In this document: positions 62,744 through 64,000 of the stretch, piece after piece
Position numbering within the stretch: position 1 is the first letter of the stretch
How the letters are laid out: the number at the start of each line of letters is the position of its first letter
NCBI GenBank assembly: GCA_964481555.1
Contig: CAYZTP010000001.1
Span: 38,576-102,575, forward strand
DNA: 64,000 bases
Direction of reading: 5' to 3'
Origin: an uncultured Clostridia bacterium
GTDB taxonomy: Bacteria; Bacillota; Clostridia; Christensenellales; Borkfalkiaceae
Translations under genes and position numbers: made by a program
The notes under the pieces: generated by a model
What the model was told of the DNA's origin: nothing
Seen by the model: only the letters and a program-made list of their open reading frames with translations
The model's database searches: none

Positions 62744-64000
62744 TTATTCCGTATCTTCCGATTCTTCGATCCCGCTGTAAAGCATGGAATAATATGCCCG
62801 AATCGCTTTCTGTTCTTCTTCGGTATAATCACCGTTTCGGATGAGTTCCTCCACGATCGCGTAATATTTATCGAGAACGCTTCCGTATTTCACGTGTTCT
62901 TCGTCGTCCGGTTCATAAATATAGCTGTCGCCGCCGTAGATCGTGTCGCCCTTTCCGTAACCGCCGTTCTCGCGGTCGGTTGTATCGGAATCTCCGCTGC
63001 CATCTTCCCCATCCGAAGCGTCCGAATCGATCGTCGGACGTTCGTCCACGATATTTTCGGGAAATTCTTCTATCGGAACGGATAGTATATCCGAAAGCCT
63101 TATGCGGATATAGAGGTCTATCACGCAATTATAAGTCTGCACGCAAAGCGCTTGCGTCAATTCGTAAACGTAGCTGTCGAATATTACGCTTACCGTCTGC
63201 GCAACCGTTTCGCTTACGGCGACGGAGGAAAGCTTGTTTGCGAACGTTTGCGTTCCGCTATAAAGCGCGTCCTCTTTCTCCGCCTCCGAAGCGGCAAGTG
63301 CCTCGGTAATCGCTTTGCTCAACGTCTGCAACGCGCCACCGACGTCCTCGGCACCCACAATCTTCTCTTCCAAAGCGGCAAGCGGCAAACCGAGATTGGC
63401 TTCAATCAAACGTTCCATGCTCTCTTCGAGCGCGGTTACGCGCTCGTAACTTGATAGGATCACGCCGGAATCGAACACGAACACTCCGCCCGAAATCGCC
63501 GAAGCAATCAGTACGGTTTGATCGCCGTTTTTTAATTGCGACGCAACCTCGCCGTAAGTATTTTCCTCTTCGACCAACGCATCGATTGCTTCTACGGAAG
63601 CGAACACTTTCATTTTTTTTGCGTTTTCCGTTTGAGACAAAGAGAGATCGGCAAGAATCCCCTCCAAAACGCCGACAACCGACGTCTTTAATTCGCTTTC
63701 CAACGACGAGCCGCGTATCTCCGTAATTAAATTTTCAAGTCCCAGTTTTTCGAAATCCGTTATTTCCGCCGTCGGATCCACCGTTTGGGGAACAGGCATT
63801 GCGACCGCCGTTATAAAGAGCGCAATCGCCAATACCGGCAAGGCGATCAGCTTCAAAAAAGGCTGCAATCCGTATTTTTTCTGCGGCACGGCTTCCAGCT
63901 TTTCGTAAGCGTCCTCCCGTTGTAAGTCGATTAATTCTCCTTTCCGTTGCCGAAAGGCAAGCATCGTTTGCGTTTTTTCCCGTAAACGATATTCTCTATC
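62744..64000 (-). CDS. hypothetical single-TM protein with acidic C-terminal region (5' end possibly outside window)
   Basis: TM helix LKLIALPVLAIALFITAV and the acidic tract DSDASDGEDGSGDSDTTD. The frame stays open from ATG 63964 to the window edge. Confidence 0.55.
   Translation of the reverse strand, partial: DREYRLREKTQTMLAFRQRKGELIDLQREDAYEKLEAVPQKKYGLQPFLKLIALPVLAIALFITAVAMPVPQTVDPTAEITDFEKLGLENLITEIRGSSLESELKTSVVGVLEGILADLSLSQTENAKKMKVFASVEAIDALVEEENTYGEVASQLKNGDQTVLIASAISGGVFVFDSGVILSSYERVTALEESMERLIEANLGLPLAALEEKIVGAEDVGGALQTLSKAITEALAASEAEKEDALYSGTQTFANKLSSVAVSETVAQTVSVIFDSYVYELTQALCVQTYNCVIDLYIRIRLSDILSVPIEEFPENIVDERPTIDSDASDGEDGSGDSDTTDRENGGYGKGDTIYGGDSYIYEPDDEEHVKYGSVLDKYYAIVEELIRNGDYTEEEQKAIRAYYSMLYSGIEESEDTE

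Noticed and set aside
1-64000. A scan for mobile elements, prophage genes, toxin-antitoxin pairs, restriction-modification, CRISPR-Cas or other defence modules, and for tRNA/rRNA genes.
   Set aside because: I saw no integrase, transposase or recombinase motifs, no terminal inverted repeats and no direct-repeat arrays. There are no tRNA-like GGTTCGAATCC arms outside coding sequence. The small XRE gene is solitary and convergent with a sporulation operon, not part of an ImmR/ImmA-type or TA-type pair.

Overview
This is a 64-kb chromosomal segment from what looks like a spore-forming Firmicute of the Clostridia type with mid-range GC. That guess rests on yabP-yabQ-divIC, whiA, a sigmaE-type promoter, a group-B [FeFe]-hydrogenase and rex-adhE. 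I call about 58 protein genes. Roughly 80% are on the minus strand, tightly packed and often overlapping by 4 nt, and most are core housekeeping. In order they are: fruK (partial), pfkA, dnaE, whiA, a PHP phosphoesterase and murB; a small Cys-rich DUF1540-like gene and rplI; rex-adhE-hydrogenase; valS; an NMT1/SsuABC-type ABC importer; a YkvI-family membrane protein; a 709-aa PadR fusion protein; glk-rho-MBL-DUF1934; DUF45 and aroA; GH127; LMW-PTP and a small XRE regulator; yabP-yabQ-divIC-ppx-S2P-like; an FtsX-permease remnant; typA; aroK-panE-phosphatase-gltX-thyA-folA; secG-rnr-smpB; a six-gene polyamine operon (speA-speE-CANSDH-nspC-aguA-aguB); and a seven-gene MoxR/DUF58/VWA (Bat-like) envelope operon that runs off the right edge. 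I saw no rRNA, tRNA, tmRNA, CRISPR array, transposase, integrase or recognisable defence genes, so the window looks like core genome rather than an accessory island. The most interesting items are: (1) the Bat-like operon with three unassignable envelope proteins; (2) a ~245-nt structured leader with an intrinsic terminator in front of the polyamine operon; (3) the membrane-anchored PadR protein with a long E/R/A-rich helix; (4) a recurrent 27-nt bipartite motif present in five co-oriented copies; (5) a 255-bp convergent gene overlap that contains a very strong terminator inside coding sequence; (6) several promoters placed so close to the ATG that the mRNAs would be leaderless. All calls come from reading the sequence, motif recognition and operon logic. 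No database search was run.
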